The notes beneath the pieces were generated by a model, which worked only from the letters and a program-made list of their open reading frames with translations, was not told the DNA's origin and did not search any database. From contig CM052818.1 in NCBI GenBank assembly GCA_028534125.1, positions 4,838,001-4,902,000 on the forward strand: a stretch of 64,000 nt of DNA, written 5' to 3'. How positions within the stretch are numbered: the first letter of the stretch is position 1; every line of letters starts with the position of its first letter. A program made the translations under genes and the position numbers. This document shows positions 24,396-37,009 of this stretch, piece by piece. Origin of the DNA: Lama glama (Eukaryota).

Positions 24396-24944
24396 AAAGT
24401 ACCGTTCATCTGATTCTTGATTATAAATAAATACTGGCCATAGAGTATTTCTCAAGGGATGTTGATGATAATGAGTAAAACCAACCAGGGCTGCCACCCT
24501 AACTCCAGGGGCTGCAATTCTCATTACTGTCAGCTATAAAAATGACACTCTTTGGAGTATGCCCAGCATAACTCTGGCTCTGACTGGGACTTGTGGGCAA
24601 GGGTTGATACCCAGATTTGTTGCATTGGTTATAATGCGGGAGCAGGTGTAGCCATCCTTTGAGCCACATATAGTTCCTATTCATTTAAAACAAATGAATA
24701 AACAAATGAGCATTCATTCAGCACATATTTCCAGGAACAAAACCAGGAAACTATGGATGCCCTCATGAAGCTTACATTATGGAGTTGTAGAAACAGTTCA
24801 GAAGCAATGGGTTATTTGATTAAAAAAATTTAATTTGAATTATATAATGCAAACAACTATCTGGGCAGCCAGTTAATTCTGTGAACAGTGTCTCTGTTTG
24901 TGTCATCAGGAAGGGCACTATGTAAGGAGAACTTATACCTGAGA

Positions 24945-25440
24945 CTACTCCATGCAAGAAATGAGCCATCAAGCTACAAAAAGATTCGCAGGGAACTTGA
25001 ATGCATAATACTAAATGAAAGAGGCCAATATGCAAAGACTACGTACTGTATGCTCCCAACTATATGACATTCTGGAAAAATCAAAACTATGAAGACAGTA
25101 AAAGGATGAGTGATTGCCAGGGGTTAGAGAAGGAAGGATGAATAGACAGAACACAGAGGGTTTTTAGGACAGCAAAACTACTCTGTATGGCTCTATAATG
25201 ATGCATCCATGTCAGTATACATTTGCCAAAACCCACAGAACTTCTAACACCAAGAGAAAACCCTAGTATAAACTCTGGGCTTTGGGTGATACTGATGTGT
25301 CAGCATAGGTTCATCAATTGTAACAAATGTACCGGTCTGCTGGATGACACTGGTCGTGGGAAAGGAGGGCGGGGAGTACCTGGGAACTCGCTGTCCCTTC
25401 TGCTCAGTTTTGCTGTCAACCTAAAGCCGCTCCAAAAAAG
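24945..25440 (+). mobile_element. Old L1MC-type LINE-1 3' end
   Basis: 'tactgtatgctcccaactatatgacattctggaaaaatcaaaactatg', 'ataggttcatcaattgtaacaaatgtacc', A-rich tail. Confidence 0.8.
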
Positions 25441-26551
25441 AAGGAAAAGAAGAAGAAGAAGAGAGAGAAATGTGGACTATACCTCTGTGTCATTTTCATA
25501 TTTCCGTTGGCCGGAACTTAAAAAAAAAAAAGAACATTTGAATCCATGTAAACATTTGATTATCAGATCTCATATCTGTCTTAATAGATTAAGATTTCAG
25601 GAAAAAAGACATGCCCAAGGTGTCAAAGCGAAGTTGCAGATTCAGCCCCGAGCAATCGAAGGTGTCAGGGACATTAAGCTCCTCCGTGGCATTCCTGTGG
25701 AGAAACACTCAGAGCCCAGGTCCTGCGTTTCACAGTTCTTAGAAAAACATCTTATTGATGTTTGGGTGTTGCGCTCAAACTGAGAGCCTGAGGTCTTTAA
25801 TTGAAAGGCAAACATATTTATTGGCTTTATATCTTGTGCTTTTTCTGGAGGGTGTAGATTTTTTATTTTTAAAGTGACAATAGTGAGAAAACGAAGGAGG
25901 GGAAATCCACTCACCTGTGACTCTATGAAACGACTCACCAGCTGTTTATAACTTAATACATCATTTCATCTTCTAAGAAGTCTTTGACGTATGAAAAGGA
26001 CACCCTTGCTGGGGGATTGACAAGTGGAACTGGGTGAAATGCTACACTTGCTTTTGATGGTGTGAGAGTTATTTTTTGCAAGCTGTCGATTTTATCTTCC
26101 CACTGTTTTCTTAAAGATTAGCTTTAGGGAATTTAAATAATCAGGCATAAAATCTCTGGCATGATATTTAATCAGTCACATCTTGGTTTTCAGCTGTGGT
26201 TGGCTGTGGGAAAGGTAGACGCAGCGGAGGGGACAGGGCCAAGCCACCCTCCTCCCCAGCTGTGTGGGCTTGTACACAGGACAACATGGAGCATCCTGGG
26301 ACAAGCCACAACCTTGGGCCATCTGGCCACACTGCTGGCATTTCTGTTTATCAGGCAGCCTGAGGTTCTTCTTTGCAGGCAAAGTGGACAGGAGCAAGAG
26401 CAAGCAGGTAAGAATTTGAAGGTCCACCCCTTTGGGAGAAATTTGGAGATTTTCTGACTCTCATGGTTCCAGGAAGGATGGAGAGAAGTGATGAAATTCT
26501 TGTAGGCTGGCGAAAGTGCCCAGGCTGGTTTTTGACATTTCAGTTCATGGG

Positions 26552-26988
26552 TGTATTAGTCAGGGTTCTCCAGGCAAACAGAACCAATAGGATGTGCATG
26601 TTGGTATATTTTAAAAACTCTCTCTTTATATATATAGGCACATATATATTTTAAGGAATTGGCTCACACAATTATGGAGACTTAGCAAGTCCAATATCCT
26701 TGGCCTGAGCCATCAGGCTGAGGACCCAGGGAAGAGCTGGTGTTGTAGTTCAAGTCTGGAGGTCATCTTTCTGTTTTGGGGAAGTCAGTCTTTATTCTAC
26801 GAAGACCTTCAACTGATTGAGTGAGGCCCGCCCACATTGTGGAGGGCAACATCCTTTACTCAAAGTCCACCAATTTAAATGTTAAGTTCATCCAAGAAGC
26901 ATACTCACAGAAACATCCAGAATAATCTTTGATCAACTAGTTGGGCACCATGACCCAGCCAAGTGGACACATAAAATTGACCATCACA
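26552..26988 (-). mobile_element. MLT2 (ERVL) solo LTR
   Basis: Starts 'tgtattagtcagggttctccagg..aacagaaccaatagg', ends 'gacacataaaattgaccatcaca' (reverse complement of MLT2 termini). Confidence 0.85.
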
Positions 26989-27259
26989 ACAGGTGACCTG
27001 TCAGCTGGTGAGACTAAATACTGTGTGTTTGCGTCATGCCAAGTTCACAGTATTTTGAGAAGATAAACCACGGAAAGAGTGTGATGAACATAGAAGTCAG
27101 AATCTTTCAAATAGTATATCAAAATCTAGTTAATGAAAAACAGAATCACAACAATAGGGTGAGTTCAAATCACAAAAAAATAATCATTGACATTTATTTG
27201 GTCCTGTGTGTCAGGCATCTTTGAATCCACACCAAACTCAGTGGGGTAGTATATACTCT

Positions 27260-27490
27260 AGAATCAATAAATCGAGTTCAAGTCTCAGCTCTACCGCTCA
27301 CTGGGCTGTGTGACCTTGGCAGATCTTATAGCCTCTCTGTCCTTCAGTTTCCTTAATAGGAAAAGTAAGACTACTAACAGCATTCACTGCCAAGGATTGT
27401 CTGGAATATTAAGTGCGGGATCCCACACCAAGTACATAGAACAGTGCCTGGCATGTTAGAAACACTCAGAAAAAGTTAGCCATGGTCATT
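27260..27490 (+). mobile_element. MIR SINE
   Basis: 'ctgtgtgaccttggcagatcttatagcctctctgtccttcagtttcc...agaacagtgcctggcat'. Confidence 0.8.
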
Positions 27491-29012
27491 ACAGAGGAAG
27501 AAAGAACAAAGCAATGGTTGGGTACAGGCATGCCCTCCACCTGAAACCTAGAAATGGTATATTCGTTGGGAATCCCTTCCTGCGAATATCCAGCTTTTGA
27601 TAAATAGATAAATAAACACATTTTCCCACTGAAGTTCAACTGGAAACACTCTGTTCCAGTCCCCGTTGGCAAACCCAGAACCAATTTTGCCAAAGGAGAC
27701 TATGAAGGGGAGGACCGACCGTTGTCACATGCGCTCTTCAATACAGTCACTTTTGATTATCTTTATTGACTTTGGATTCCATACAACCATCTTACGCATG
27801 AAGTTTTCCCTAGAGATGATGGCAGATAAATGGGCAGGGCAGCATAAAATAAAAGTGACCCCCCCACCCCCGAAATAATTCAGGATGGGCTAGTGTGAGG
27901 GACTTCACAGACCTGAACTTCCCTGGGTTTCTTTTATTGTGTCTCAGGCTGCAGGAATTATCCTGCAGAAACACTTTTTGTCTTACGGTAATGCTGGGAT
28001 CGCTGTACTGAAAATCATTGTGTATTTTGTTTCATTCTAGAGCATCTCAGTAACAGTAGCCTAAAACGCTTTAGGACACTCATGCTGCTGCTAAAAGTCA
28101 GCCGCTGCCGGTAGACCTTAGATTTCCTGTAACTCAGTCAAGGCCGTTTTTGGAGACTTGTTGGCCCAAGTCCCAGAGGGACCATTGGTAAGATCTTTTT
28201 AGGTTGAAGTGGCTTCTTGGTTTAGCATCTTATGGCTGCGTTTCCCAGCTTTCCTACCCTCATTGGTGAAACTGAACTAATTTCTGAGTGTCGTTTGCAC
28301 GTTACCTTTAACCAATCGGGTTTCCTCTCCTTCTCTGACTTTGCTTATTGCTGATTTGGAGAGTGATGCCCTTGTTGGCTTCTTTTGCCTGGAGCTTTGG
28401 CGAAATGAGAGGTTTTAAAACCCTCACACGGTTGCTCTCTGGTCATGCTAGAAACTTGACTAAGGGCGCTCCCCCTAGCCTGGAGACTTATGTCATAGGT
28501 CCCACACAATTGTTTTCTGCTGGTGGGCTTAATCTTTCAACTCTAAGTATGGAAAACCAATAAATGGCAGCAAATGATTTTATGCTAACTAGGTTAAAAG
28601 GGATTCTCCAGTCTGCTATTAAAAATCAGAAATCGGACAGACCATCACTTATAGGCCAGCGCATTGTGTGATAATCAGGATTATTTACCAATGTTTTGAC
28701 AGCTCCACTTAGCACAAAGGTCAACTGGAGACACTTCTGACTCCGTCGGCCCCCACACAATGTTTATTGACTTGGCTGATTTATAAATCCTATATTCATG
28801 AGATAATTGGCAGCTCACTCCTTCACAGATGTGGGTTATGCAATCAGGGTGGTAAAAAATGCACTTAAGCTGATCTGCTGGAAATCTTTATTTTCAATCT
28901 ATAAAATACTATAAAGGTTAAGAATAAAAAAGAGTGCCAAGTAGCAGTGCTTTGTAAAGCAGTATGCAAATGTAAGGTGATGCTGTCAGTATTATCCAGA
29001 TCAATTGATCAA

Positions 29013-29027
29013 TTATCTACCTATCTA

Positions 29028-29057
<30 letters not shown>
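29013..29057. repeat. (TATC/TGTC)n tetranucleotide microsatellite
   Basis: tatctacctatctatctgtctgtctgtctatctatctatctatct. Confidence 0.9.
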
Positions 29058-29058
<1 letters not shown>

Positions 29059-29233
29059 CTCTCTTTTAAGACATCTAAACCTGAGGACTCCATTAAATGC
29101 CAAAAAAATGTGTTATGTATTTTTATTTTTTGCAAATAGTCTTCCAGATCTTCACAGTGGAGTCCAACTTAAGTTTCAACGACTATATTTCAGGTTTTGC
29201 TTTTGTTTCAATAAGCAGTTTCTTCTGCTTACC

Positions 29234-29762
29234 TGTTACTGCGGCCAAACTTGTTCTGCTCACTGCATGACAGGCCAGTAAATCGGGAGACGAGGTTTTG
29301 GGGTAAGGAACAACAACTTTATTTGGAAAGCCAGCAGGCCAAGAAGATGGTGGACTAATGTCCCGGAGAACCATCCTACCCAAGGCAGCATTCAGGCTCC
29401 TTATATTACTAAAAAGGGGGAGGGGGTGTGGTTGGTTGTTGCAAACTTCTTGGTATCAGAATCTTTTATTCTTGCAGTTGTCCACGTAGCTCAGATCAGG
29501 TCATGATGCTCCTGTAAACCTCCAACAAGACAAATGCTATTCTCTGTTCTCTGCAATTCTTTCTCTCTATATGAATGGAACAGTGTTATACCCTTAAAGG
29601 TCAGAGCCTTGAGAACGGGCTGTCCTGTCTGTTTCAGGCTACAGGCAACATTCTTTTATAAAAGCTGCAAAACCAGCGTGACAGAGCACAGGGGACGGAG
29701 CACAGGGTTAGGGCCAAAGGAACAGATCTAATATGGAGTCGGGTTTGTTTTTCCCTCTTACA
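29234..29762 (-). mobile_element. Solo ERV1-class LTR (529 bp)
   Basis: TGTTA...TTACA termini; perfect 4-bp TSD TACC (29230-29233, 29763-29766); minus-strand AATAAA near the plus-strand left end; homologous to 60673-61187. Confidence 0.85.
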
Positions 29763-30369
29763 TACCCATTCTTTATTTCTATACTGGGTCTTACAGATGG
29801 ATACTGCTATTATCAGCAGGAAGAGTAAATAAAATTAATACCATAGATAGACGAAGGGTCAGTCTTGCAGCTGGCATGAACTGTGAAAAGTGGAGTGTAT
29901 GTTTGTGTCATAAATCGGTCTGCGTGGTGACATAGCTATTGTTATTTTGCAGAAAACTTTCTATTTTTGTCAGGTCAGGAAACCTGTAATTCTCCGAGTG
30001 ATCTCTGAACCTTATTTAATGCAACAGACCACAGAACGAGCTGAGCTGAACTTTGGTGTCTGGAAGTTGGAAAGCAATAACTTTCCCCATCTCTTCCGTG
30101 AGTGGCTTGTGCCTTGTGATGAATGCAAACCCTTCCTTCATCAGGGTTTCCCGATATTATACACTTGTAGCAAATAAGGTTAGAACCTTTAAAATACAGC
30201 ATTTAGTAATGTGCTGGAAATAGCTGCTTCTCCATTCCTTTAAAGGTCACCGCATTTGCTTTCCAGGCGTCGTTTTAGCTCAAGCCTCTACCGAGTAGAA
30301 CTGAGAACATGCTTGTCTTCACGTCTTCAATTTTCCCAAGCTTAAGAGTAAAATGGCAGGATAAAGTGG

Positions 30370-30410
30370 AGTGTGTGTGTGTGTGCGCACGCACGCGCGG
30401 GTGCGTGTGT
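30370..30410. repeat. (GT)n/(GC)n alternating purine-pyrimidine tract
   Basis: gtgtgtgtgtgtgtgcgcacgcacgcgcgggtgcgtgtgt. Confidence 0.85.
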
Positions 30411-32799
30411 ATGCTCCTGTGACATTAGATGTAGAAATGCATCATCAAGGTAATCTCAGTGTTGGTTATATGCATGCACACCGCTTTTTCAACTGAAAGT
30501 AAGATTAGGCTTGTTTTCTCATCAACCCAGAAGCCAGGCTTCTGGGAGTGAAACTTGGGCAAGAGCTACCAAAGGAAAACAAAGTGCAGAAAGCACTCCG
30601 TCATTTGTGCTTTACCTGAGCAGTCCATGGATGGTGCGTCCCCAGCCAAAGGATATTAGTAAGCCTCTAGCCAGGTCAATTAGCATCAACCCACAAGCTT
30701 TGCCTCTGTTCCACTAGAAGAAAAAATAAATAAACTCATTAAGCCATTGATATAAAGCAAGAAATAAATAGACAGCCACAGCCTTGCTATCCAAATTAGT
30801 GTTGGAATGGTAGGTTGAAATAAGAGCTGATTTCACATTAAGTGACGCAAATCAAGGCCAAGCTGGCAAAAATAGAACAGCTTCCTTTGTAAGGCATATT
30901 TCACTGTTCTTGGAATCAGCGCTGTCATTTGTCAGCACCGTCAGTATCCTCATCTTCCCCACGTCAGCATCGTCAGCACCATGGTCCACATCATCTTCAT
31001 CACATTTCTAGTCAGCTGTCGTGTTTCTCTTTAGAAGCAGTCTAGAGGTGGAGTGGTCCATATCTGCTAATAGCCTGCACTCTCTGTTCATGTCCTAACT
31101 AATTCTGATCCCCTCCCTGCTCATTAGAAACACTACCTAGAACTCCAAGTCCAAGGTCAAACTTCTCTTCCTCCTTCTGGGATCTTTCTTCTTCTGAATT
31201 CCTCATAGTCGCCATTGTCTGGCTATTAATAGTTTTTCATTTGTAATGATCTGTTTTGGTTGCTATCCATCTTTTCAAGTGTGCCTATTTTATTGGTTCA
31301 ACTAGAATAGGAAAATCTTGATGGCTGTACTTTGTATACTAGTATAAATACCGTATGATTTAGATCAGTGCCTTATTAAATGCAGCATTTAATAAATATT
31401 CAACAAATATTTATCAATGATTGCAATTTCACAGGGAATTTTTTCATGGACCAAATTTTCCCATTAGTGGTGTTAATTTAGCTAGGAAAGTTTATGGAGA
31501 CTGCGCCATAAGCACAGATGACAGGGACAATCACGAGTGCCAAGGAGGAAATGGTACCAGGAAGTCAAGAAATTTGACAATTGTATTAAGTGGAGAAAAT
31601 TTCTCAGAAGAAAGAGGACTTGGCCTGGTTTTGAAAATACTCTCTGTATGTGACATGGAAGTTTCACAAAGTCTGTGGAGAGGGTTGGAGAAGATTTTAC
31701 AAAGAGGATGTCAACGTGAAATCAGAGGATTAAACCAGCAGCACCAAGAGTGAATGAGATTCGTGTGGGAGAGCCGACTGGTGAACAGCATTGAAAAGCA
31801 GGGTCAAGATTTGCATTTGGACTGGACAAACAGCAGTGGTCCTTAGAAGGTTTTTGAATAACTGAAATATACCCTCCACTCAGCACCTGTAAAGGACATG
31901 TCAGCGGCAATAAAAAGTGAACAAGGAGAAGAGGTTGCCATAGCTTGTGGATGGAATTACCTGCATCTGGGCAGGAGCTTGAGACAAGAGGGGGAGAAAT
32001 GAATGAGATGCAGAGGGAGCTGCTCAGACTTGCAAAGGAGAGGATGACATTGTCAATAATCCTGGAGGTTCAGGGGAAAGAAAGGGTTTGCCCGTGCCCA
32101 TCCCCAGGTAGGAAGGGTAAGCATGAAATAGTACAATCTTGATAATGGAAGTAGGTAGGCAGGGATCATCCACTCCCTAGTTCTGGAGAGGTCTCTCCTT
32201 AGGTTCCAGCTCATGGGCTATGATGGGAAGACTTTATGTTTATGTAGATTTTGGGCAGGTGTGTTGAGATATCTGTAGCCTTTTAGCGGAGAGATGGTGT
32301 AGAAAGCCACAGATTGGAAATCAGATGCACTGAAATCTCCACTGGCCATGTCTCTTAATTGCAAGTCAAGAACTGCTTTGCGCTTTTAAAAAACAGGAGG
32401 AACAGACTAAACCATTTCTAAGCAGGTTTTCATATTCTGTGTTCTCTACCGGATTTCAGCACACCATTGCTTCAATGGATCGACCAGAGATGTACCCAGC
32501 AATGTGTTTGCACCCTTACAAATGAGAGTGTGGTGTCTGGGCTTGCAGACCCACACTCGTGCAGTTCATGTTCCTTCAACTTGGAAATGTTAGCCGATTG
32601 AGTTTCAGAATAACAACCTGCCACGTGAACTCCCTCCATTTGGGTTCTTTATTCATTGTAAATGAAATAGCATCTCGCTGCAGCTTGGGATTTCCCAGGC
32701 ACTTCTGCCTCTATCTACCTAAGACATGAGAAGATAGATGAATACATTTCCTTGACTGATGGTACAAAATGCCACCCACTCCTGAGTCTGAAGAAGATT

Positions 32800-33360
32800 C
32801 TAGAATATTCGATTCCAGCTACCAGTTTACAGGAGAGAAGAGAGGACAGTGTTAAGCTCTACCGCGGGGAGGCAACCAGCTGTGTCCAGACAGTGGAAAA
32901 ATCTTCAGGGCATATTACATGATTTCTTAATAAACACTTTATAAGAAAGACAAAAGAGAAGTCAGATGGAACTCATATAGATAGTTTATATGCTTATAAA
33001 TGATTTGCAGTATGTAAAGTTCATTTGCCTCCTAATTTAAACACACACATTTAAAAATTATGACTTTATGAGACAATTATAAACGTGAACACTGACTAGA
33101 TCGTTGACAATTATTTACAAAATATTGCTCATTTTAAAGGCTGTGATAGTGGCCTCGTGGTTTCTTAAAGACTCACTATCTTTTAGAGAGACATGTGTTA
33201 TGTACTTAAATATTTACAGATGAAATGATCTGACGTATAGTTTGCTTCAAAATAATATGGAGGGGAGTGGCTGAAACTTGTTGAAGTGGGATGATGGGTA
33301 CATAGCAGTTCATTGTACCATTCTGTGCTTGAAATTCTTCACACTAAGAAAAAAAAAAAA
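32800..33360 (+). mobile_element. Old L1MC/L1ME LINE-1 3' end
   Basis: 'gaacactgactagat', 'aaatatttacagatgaaatgatc', 'gatgatgggtacatagcagttcattgtaccattct', poly(A). Confidence 0.65.
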
Positions 33361-33399
33361 GCCATCAGTTTGCATTGAACATTTTCTCTGATGCTCGGG

Positions 33400-33920
33400 T
33401 CCTGGCTCGTTGGTGGATTCTCTTCTCCTCTCCTCTCCTCCATTCCACCAACAGACCTCGGAGTGAGCTGACTTCCTGCCCTGCTCTAGGGGTGGGCTTG
33501 GGTGGGCTTAACCAAATCAGTACATTTCATTCCGTCGGTCATGACCATTGATTCTGGGGAGGACATATGCCCCACGTTGGTCCCATCAGTGTACATCTCA
33601 GCACAGTCGTACTACTGGGGCAGAAGGACTCTCCCCTACTGGACCTGAGCAAGGATGACGGCATCTCTGACTTTGTCAGGCATTTATCCTGTTACAATAA
33701 AACTAGGGGAGTTATTAGGATGGAGCTCAGACTCAGAATGGCTGAGCAGAACAATGCAAAGAAATTGGCTCCTTGCGGACATGACTGAGAAGCTGGATCC
33801 ACAACATATGAGCCTGCCTTTCTTCTATACTTTATTGGTTCTGAGGGCCAATAAATCTTAATTGGTTAAGTCAAATGAATCGTGTTTTATTTCATTTGTA
33901 ACTAAAAGCATCTTAGCATA
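33400..33920 (+). mobile_element. Old MLT1 (J/K-like) MaLR LTR
   Basis: 'cttaaccaaatcag', 'tggtcccatcag', 'gccaataaatc...ggttaagtc...catttgtaactaaaagcatc'. Confidence 0.55.
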
Positions 33921-34399
33921 AGTGGAGCATGCTTACCTACTGACACAGAAATGCTGGCGACACAATATTTCAGTGAAGTTTCCAGGGTGAGGACAGACTG
34001 CTCACTTTGCCTCTCGAATGGCTCTGTGCCCCATATTGGATATATTAAACCAAGATTGAGATGGTCTAGCTAGAGACATCAATAAATAACCATATTTGGT
34101 GATTAGACAAATTGAAAGGCATGATTTTGCTGAGTCTGATCCTGGGTAGTGGTCCTAGAAAATTCTGAACAGCACCAAGGAAAGGGTAGAGGTAATATTT
34201 CAAGATTAGCAGAATAACGTGAGTGCTGTCACTAGATATTGGGGACTAAAAGCAGGAAAGCTGGGTTTAGGCTCTTATTGTGTCTGTCTCCTCTTAAGTA
34301 AATAAAACCCATATCAGCAATAGAGACCAGAATGCATGTCCCACGTGACCCTAGATTGCTCCAAGAGGATGGGCCACGCTTAACTCAATTGCCTTTGTA

Positions 34400-34830
34400 C
34401 CTATTAATTGTATTAAGTGGATGTCACACGTATGTTAGGCACTGTTCTAGGCACTGGGAAACATTCTAGTGTGACGAGATCAGATCAGTAAGCAGACAAG
34501 TAAATACAGCCTCTCAGAAAGCAGGGGGAAATAAAGGGGAGTAAAGCAGGCCGAAGGCTGCCAGGGAGGAGAGACACAGTGTATAGTGGCCAGGAAGATG
34601 ACACTGTAGCAGAAATCTGAATGATATGAAAGGTACGTCCCCATGGACGTCTGGAGGAAGGGCGTTCCAGGACGCAGGACCCACAGTGGAAGCAAGATGA
34701 GCAGGTTTGAGGGATGTGAAGCAGGATCAGAGTGGCTAGAAGGGAGTGGATGAGGGGAGACTCCCAGCAGTGAGGACTCAGAGGTAGTGAGAGGCTGGAG
34801 TGTGGAGGTCCACGCAGTGAATGAAATACG
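34400..34830 (-). mobile_element. L2 LINE 3' fragment
   Basis: 'tatgttaggcactgttctaggcactggga...gggcgttccagg...aggatcagagtggctagaagggagtg'. Confidence 0.75.
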
Positions 34831-34856
34831 ACGTAGACAGCTCCCATCTACCGGGA

Positions 34857-34910
34857 GCTGGTAATTTACTCCGAAGAATCTTAGTGTAAAAATCTAATTT
34901 CAACCCATTT
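34857..34910 (+). repeat. Dispersed 54-bp direct repeat, copy 1
   Basis: 52/54 identical to 36430-36483 by direct comparison. Confidence 0.9.
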
Positions 34911-35689
34911 TCTCAGAGGGTAAATTTTATTCCATTTCCTTTTCTCAAGGCTCAGTCATTAGCATATGAAACTAATGAGAGAATCAATTATTTAAAACTG
35001 GCAATATTTTTTATTATGTCTAATTAAGTGTTTAATCAGGACATTCTGGTCTTTAATCCTCTGAAAGCAGCATTCACCACAGGATGGATGAAACGGCTGG
35101 GTGGAGACTTCACTAAGCCCCTCCTGTACTCCAAGGACTTGGGAGGAAGCCGGGGGAGTCACGGTGAAAGTGAACAGGACCAAGTCACAGAAGAGACAGA
35201 AAATGCCAACAAGCCTGATCGGCAGCAGCTGAGGAGGACGACTACGTGTTTCCAAAGAGATTTTTGACCACGGAGAGGGGTAACTACCGCTTCCACTTGG
35301 GGATATGGCTCCTGGACGCTCCACTGCACAATAAAACCGAAACTCGGGCATTTAGGGCAGCTCAAGAGCGCTTTACTTTTCTCCGGACTCCTCTAAGTAT
35401 TTCAACATATTATTTAAGTCGTTAACCAAGTGTCTCAATACTCATAAATATTTCAAAAATCATCTGAAAATTATTTAACCAACAATTATAATGCGTTTCA
35501 GGGGATGCTGTTGATTTCAAAAGTGCATACTTAAAACTTACCAAGTTCATTGTATTTCCTGGTATGGCCACATTACTACCTAAAGGCCAAACCATCCTAA
35601 AACTACCAGTAAATTGTAACAGGAAGATCCCATGAAATGTCCGGGAGCCATTCAAAGAAGACAAGGCAAGTGGAAGAAGAGGTGAATTC

Positions 35690-35990
35690 ACGAATGCATT
35701 CATTTATTCAATGACTACTCAGCGCTTCCTGTCTAACCGAGACCACTCTGATTGTCACTAGAGATGAAATGGGTAACAAGACAGTCATGATTCCTACTCT
35801 CTCAAAACTTACAGTTTACCAAGAATATGGGCAAACTAGAAACTACAATGCCACATGGTAGACACTAAGATCATGGGTATGTGCTGAATGCTGCAGGGAC
35901 ACTCAGGAAGGGGAAGTCAGTCAGGGAAGCTTATGAGAGGAAATTGCACATGAGTCAAGAGCGCCAGACCAGGCGAGGTGAACCTCCTTT
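35690..35990 (-). mobile_element. L2 LINE 3' fragment
   Basis: 'cattcatttattcaatgactactcagcgcttcct...aagacagtcatgattcctactctctcaaaacttacagt'. Confidence 0.65.
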
Positions 35991-36059
35991 TCCCGCAGGA
36001 GAGATGAAATATTCTGACTGACTCACTCACTGAAAACAACTAAAAATGTTTTACAGGCT

Positions 36060-36900
36060 ATTTTAAAATCCACACTGTGTGTTATAGAGAAATTGCACAA
36101 CGCTAAAGACAAGGAGATCTTAAAAGTGAGAAAAATGCCAAATTACCTTCAACGAAATAATATTTCCACTGAGAACTGACTTCTCAGCAGGAACAATTAA
36201 ATGACAAGAAAGTAAATTGATATCTTGAACAGATATTCAGACAGACAATCTCAGCTTACAATTGTGTGCCTACAGAAATATCTTTCAAGAATAAGTCCAA
36301 TGTAAAAAAATTTTTAGACAATGAATACTAAGAGCTTATCATCAAAGGACACTTACTAAGGAAATACTAATAGAACACTTCACGCGGAGGGAAGGTGGTA
36401 CCACCACTTAAGAATGCTGTTCCGCAGTGGCTGGTAATTTACTCTGAAGAATCTTAGTGTGAAAATCTAATTTCAACCCATTTGAGTAGATCTATATTCT
36501 CTGAATCAGGAAATCCACTCCTCGGTATAGTTTCTGAAGTCTTATGTGCGTACACAAGGAGACTCATGGGAAAATGGTTATCATAGAAATGCTTGTAAGA
36601 GTCAAACCCTGGGGGGACATGGGTGAATAAATGACAGTAGATTCAAATACTGTATGCCAATGAAAGTATTTTTTTTCCCTGCTCCAAAGAAATGATTTAT
36701 TTAAAACTTACATTGAGACGATTAGTAGCTTTAACACAGAACACCATGCTGATACAGAATATCAGTGTGAATATTCACACAAATATATATGAATACATAG
36801 AAAGTTTTAAACATAAAAATCATTGTGACGTTAACAAACAAGAAAAAGAATGTGGTTTTGTGCGACGGGGTGGGGGTGGGCTAAGAGCACGCGAAGCTCA
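36060..36900 (+). mobile_element. Old L1M LINE-1 fragments (ORF1-end-like, then 3'-end-like)
   Basis: 'actgacttctcagcaggaacaat', 'aaatatctttcaagaataag' (ORF1-like); 'aatccactcctcggtata' (ORF2-end-like); highly diverged. Confidence 0.5.
36430..36483 (+). repeat. Dispersed 54-bp direct repeat, copy 2
   Basis: 52/54 identical to 34857-34910. Confidence 0.9.
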
Positions 36901-37009
36901 GTGACTATCATTTGCTAAGGTCCAGGGTCATGAGTTCCATGAACCAAGGCTCACCCTTCAAACGTCTTCTCTATCTTCTCACCCTCTGATTTCCGTGTCC
37001 CTCCCGAAC

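Noticed and set aside
25223..25783. Longest ORF in the track (186 aa) with a basic NLS-like stretch
   Set aside because: Non-ATG start inside an L1MC 3' end; the KRRKRRRR and KKKK runs are translations of A-rich tails
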